DNA of 38,430 nucleotides from Pyrinomonadaceae bacterium. GTDB taxonomy: Bacteria; Acidobacteriota; Blastocatellia; Pyrinomonadales; Pyrinomonadaceae. A program made the translations under genes and the position numbers. Position 1 is the first letter of the stretch; each line of letters opens with the position of its first letter. Location of the stretch: positions 1-38,430 of the forward strand of contig DAITAB010000002.1 of assembly GCA_036824525.1 (NCBI GenBank). The letters are read 5' to 3'. The notes beneath the pieces are model-generated. The model had not been told where the DNA came from. It did no database searches and saw nothing but the letters and a program-made list of their open reading frames with translations. Positions 35,342-38,430 of the stretch are shown here, one piece after another.

Positions 35342-37003
35342 ATGCCGCAGATTGTCTTGAAACTTCCAAATCGTCCACCGGAATTTTTTCCTTTGGAAAG
35401 ACTTCGCACAACGATTGGGCGTTCTGCCCGGAGCGACATTTGTATCGCCGATGCCTTTGCTTCTCGGCTCCACGCCGAAATCCGACAGGAAGGCGATCGA
35501 TATTGGATTCAGGATCTCGGCTCTGCAAATGGGACAATTTACAACGGTGTTCCGATAACTTTGCCAGTTCCGCTGGCACCCGGCGGCGAAATTCGCATCG
35601 GGGAAACGATCCTTATGTTTCAGGATACCGGGGTTATTAAATCCACCGGTTCAACCATGATCGAGCAGAGTACGGATGCGCTCGATCCTTCAAAAACGAT
35701 TTCATTTTCAAACACCGCGATTTCCACCGGCGAAATTATCAGCCGTGAAATTTTTTCTTCGCAAAATGACCTGCTCGGATTGATCAGCAAAGTTGGAGTG
35801 GCGCTTTTATCCACAGCGGATCTTGAGGAAACATTGAATCAAGTAGCCGATCTTGTTTTTGAAGCGGTTCCTGCCCAGCGTGTGGTAATAATGCTGCGCG
35901 ACAAAGCTTCTGAAGGCGGATTGCGCGTGGCAGTTGCGAGGGAACGAGGCAAAGCTGAAGATCCGAAACACATTCGCATAAGCAGAAAAGTCATGACCGA
36001 AGTTTTGGAACACGGAAAATCGGTTCTTACTTCGGACGCTCAGCACGATCCGAAATTCGCCAGCCAAACAATGGCGCTCCTCGACATTCGTTCCGTAATA
36101 GCGGTTCCGCTTGGCGTTACGGATAAAGAAACTCTCGGATTGCTTTATGCCGATTCGCCTACCTTCGAAAAATCTCTCGAGGAAGACCATTTGAAACTGC
36201 TCACAACGCTCGCTTCCGTAGCATCGCTTCGGCTTGAAAAGGCGGCGCTGGTCGAAGAACGGATAATTCGCGATCGACTCGAACAGGAATTAAAGCTTGC
36301 TACGGAAATCCAGCAGCGTTTTCAACCACTCGCTCCGCCGAAGGTGGATGGATACGAGTTTCAAGGAATTAGTTTTTCCTGTTATGAAATCGGCGGCGAT
36401 TATTACGATTTCATCCAACGCGAAAAAGACAAGACGATCATCGCGCTCGGCGATGTTTCAGGTAAAGGAACAGCCGCCGCACTCTTGATGTCTTCGCTCC
36501 ATGCTGCGATTCACGCGCAGGTTTCCGCCGGTTCAACTATTGATGAAACCGTTGAATCCGTGAACTTTTATCTTTCGGCAAATACTCCTTCAAATCGATT
36601 CGTTACTTTGTTCTTTGGCGAACTCCAGGAATCAACCGGAAAATTACAGTACATCAACGCCGGGCATAATCCGCCCTTGCTGATTAGAGCAAGCGGAGAG
36701 GTGGAAGAACTCGAATCGAGCGGATTGCCATTAGGTATAGTCCCGGTCGCTGAATATCAGGTTTGGGATACGACTCTGAATCGCGGGGATGCTCTGATTA
36801 TTTATTCTGACGGAGTTTCCGAAGCAGTCAACGACAAGGGTGAGGAATTTGGAGTCGTCCGATTGACGGAAGTCGTAAAAAAAGGACACAAGAATTCTGC
36901 GGCGGGAATCCGGGATGCCATCGAATCAGGTCTCTCGCAGTTCACGCGAAATACACCGGCAAACGATGACATCACTCTGGTGATCGTAAAAAGACAAAAT
37001 TAA
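35342..37003 (+). CDS. FHA - GAF - PP2C (SpoIIE/RsbU-type) serine phosphatase
   Basis: 553 aa. N-terminal FHA (TIGRSARSDICIADAFASRLHAEIRQEGDRYWIQDLGSANGT), a central GAF-like region (LEETLNQVADLVFEAVPAQRVVIML...SVIAVPL), and a C-terminal SpoIIE-type PP2C with GGDYYDF, GDVSGKGTAAALLMS, NAGHNPP, IIYSDGVSEA and NDDITLVIV. Confidence 0.85.
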   Translation: MPQIVLKLPNRPPEFFPLERLRTTIGRSARSDICIADAFASRLHAEIRQEGDRYWIQDLGSANGTIYNGVPITLPVPLAPGGEIRIGETILMFQDTGVIKSTGSTMIEQSTDALDPSKTISFSNTAISTGEIISREIFSSQNDLLGLISKVGVALLSTADLEETLNQVADLVFEAVPAQRVVIMLRDKASEGGLRVAVARERGKAEDPKHIRISRKVMTEVLEHGKSVLTSDAQHDPKFASQTMALLDIRSVIAVPLGVTDKETLGLLYADSPTFEKSLEEDHLKLLTTLASVASLRLEKAALVEERIIRDRLEQELKLATEIQQRFQPLAPPKVDGYEFQGISFSCYEIGGDYYDFIQREKDKTIIALGDVSGKGTAAALLMSSLHAAIHAQVSAGSTIDETVESVNFYLSANTPSNRFVTLFFGELQESTGKLQYINAGHNPPLLIRASGEVEELESSGLPLGIVPVAEYQVWDTTLNRGDALIIYSDGVSEAVNDKGEEFGVVRLTEVVKKGHKNSAAGIRDAIESGLSQFTRNTPANDDITLVIVKRQN

Positions 37004-37045
37004 TGTGTCGGGCAAATACTCTTCGTCCGTTTGCCCGGCTATCAA

Positions 37046-38430
37046 ATGCACAAAATCGAAAACTACATTGGCGGAAAACTGATTGCTCCGGTCTCCGGAA
37101 AATATCTCGACAATTTTAATCCCGCCATCGGTGCAGTTTATTCTCAACTTCCTGCCTCGGATATCCTCGATGTCGAAGCAGCAGTTGTTGCTGCCAAAGT
37201 CGCTCTGCCATCCTGGACAAAATCTTCCGCCGAACAACGTCACGATATCCTGATTCGAATTTCAAGACTCATCGAACGCGATATCGAATCGCTCGCAGAG
37301 GCAGAAAGCATTGATACCGGCAAGCCAAAATCGCTTGCGATGTCGGTCGATATTCCTCGCGCCGTTTCAAATTTCAAATTCTATGCGACCGCCACGATGC
37401 ACTTTGCATCGGAATCTCACGAAACAGTCGGGCAAGCGATCAACTACACGCTTCGCCAACCGCTCGGAGTCGTCGGTTGTATTTCGCCATGGAATCTTCC
37501 GCTCTATTTATTCACCTGGAAAATCGCGCCGGCACTTGCGGCGGGAAATTGCGTGATAGGAAAACCATCGGAGATCACTCCGATGACCGCGTATCTTCTT
37601 TCAAAAATCTGCATTGAAGCGGGTTTGCCGGCAGGAGTTTTGAATATCGTTCACGGACTTGGAACGCAAGCGGGCGCGGCGATCGTCGCACACAAGGACA
37701 TAAAAGCAGTTTCATTTACCGGAGGAACGAAAACCGGCGAAGCGATCGCGCGAACCGCGGCGCCGATGTTCAAAAAACTTTCGCTCGAGCTTGGCGGCAA
37801 AAATCCGAACATTATTTTCGCGGACTGCGATTATGAAGATATGCTCGCCACGACAATTCGCTCTTCGTTCTCCAATCAAGGACAAATTTGTCTGTGCGGC
37901 TCGCGGATTTTTGTCGAACGTCCAATCTATGAAAAGTTCCGAAGCGATTTTGTCGGACGGGTTTCGAGTTTGAAAATCGGCGATCCGCTGGATGCGGAAA
38001 CGAATATCGGCGCGGTGGTTTCGAAAGCGCACTTCGAAAAGATTCTGTCTTATATCGAACTCGCAAAAACCGAAGGCGGGAAAATTTTGTGTGGCGGGAA
38101 TTCCGTGAAGCTTTCGGGAAGTTGCGAAAAAGGTTGGTTTATTGAACCGACCGTGATCGAAGATTTGCCATTTGATTGCCGCTCAAATCAGGAAGAGATT
38201 TTCGGACCGGTCGTTTCGATAATGCCTTTTGATACGGAAGACGAAGTTCTGGATTTTGCCAACAGCGTCGAATACGGATTATCGGCTACGGTCTGGACGG
38301 AAAATCTTTCGCGCGCGCATCATCTCGCAGAGAAACTCGAAAGTGGAATCGTTTGGGTAAACTGCTGGTTGCTGCGCGACCTTCGTACACCATTTGGCGG
38401 AATGAAAAATTCCGGAATCGGGCGTGAAGG
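37046..38430 (+). CDS. Aldehyde dehydrogenase family protein (hydroxymuconic/aminomuconic-semialdehyde dehydrogenase-like), 3' end runs off the window
   Basis: Absent from the ORF track because it has no stop in the window. Hand translation from ATG 37046 gives MHKIENYIGGKLIAPVSGKYLDNFNPA..., WNLPLYLFTWKIAPALAAGNCVIGKPSE, FTGGTKTGEAI, LELGGKNPNIIF, catalytic Cys in NQGQICLCGSRIFV, and EEIFGPV...PFGGMKNSGIGREG. Confidence 0.85.
   Translation, partial: MHKIENYIGGKLIAPVSGKYLDNFNPAIGAVYSQLPASDILDVEAAVVAAKVALPSWTKSSAEQRHDILIRISRLIERDIESLAEAESIDTGKPKSLAMSVDIPRAVSNFKFYATATMHFASESHETVGQAINYTLRQPLGVVGCISPWNLPLYLFTWKIAPALAAGNCVIGKPSEITPMTAYLLSKICIEAGLPAGVLNIVHGLGTQAGAAIVAHKDIKAVSFTGGTKTGEAIARTAAPMFKKLSLELGGKNPNIIFADCDYEDMLATTIRSSFSNQGQICLCGSRIFVERPIYEKFRSDFVGRVSSLKIGDPLDAETNIGAVVSKAHFEKILSYIELAKTEGGKILCGGNSVKLSGSCEKGWFIEPTVIEDLPFDCRSNQEEIFGPVVSIMPFDTEDEVLDFANSVEYGLSATVWTENLSRAHHLAEKLESGIVWVNCWLLRDLRTPFGGMKNSGIGRE

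Noticed and set aside
34144-35439. Long antisense ORFs 34144-34917(-, 257 aa), 34484-34858(-) and 34921-35439(-, 172 aa)
   Set aside because: They are opposite the well-supported kinase-FHA, RDD and phosphatase genes. Their products are Arg/Ser/Cys-rich with no motifs, which is typical of stop-poor antisense frames.
1-38430. CRISPR arrays, IS elements, prophage or canonical defence systems (RM, TA, CBASS, retron and others)
   Set aside because: I saw no regularly spaced direct repeats, no transposase, integrase or reverse-transcriptase motifs, and no nuclease/methylase signatures. UvrD here has housekeeping features, including the Tudor-like tail.

Overview
This is a densely coded, chromosomal-looking bacterial window of moderate GC. 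The gene content (many secreted peptidases, TPR proteins, split MacB-type ABC permeases, DUF420/heme-copper oxidase accessory genes) is compatible with Acidobacteriota-like soil bacteria, but that is only a guess. I support about 33 CDS, one tRNA-Arg(UCG), one riboswitch-like RNA and a few intrinsic terminators. I saw no transposase, integrase, CRISPR array or rRNA.

Two real genes are missing from the supplied ORF track because they run off the window edges: an alpha-2-macroglobulin gene (1-1765, minus) and a second aldehyde dehydrogenase (37046-38430, plus).

Gene order: A2M + DUF1175; UvrD/PcrA; MA-type metallopeptidase-TPR; tRNA-Arg; lipoprotein cytochrome c; ALDH overlapping a penicillin/AHL-acylase-type Ntn hydrolase; RuvX; S41 peptidase; AAC(6')-I-like GNAT; a secreted disordered protein; a TPR protein; ctaB-coxIII-DUF420; S9 peptidase; a second S41 peptidase; an OppD/OppF ATPase pair; a Yip1 membrane protein; a five-gene tripartite type-VII (MacB-like) ABC exporter operon; and, divergent from it, an FHA / Ser-Thr kinase / RDD / FHA-GAF-PP2C operon followed by an ALDH.

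Most interesting:
1. The intergenic region at 18.74-19.2 kb matches, block by block, my memory of the c-di-AMP (ydaO-type) riboswitch. It has its own promoter-like element and two tandem terminators but no downstream ORF, and it points into the 3' end of a convergent peptidase gene.
2. The phosphothreonine-signalling operon at 32.26-37.0 kb has three FHA readers, one kinase with two zinc ribbons, one SpoIIE-type phosphatase and an RDD membrane protein. It has no recognisable output domain and is divergently paired with the exporter operon.
3. An uncharacterised 7-TM protein is translationally coupled inside that exporter operon.

All family assignments come from motif recognition by eye and memory. 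No searches were run.
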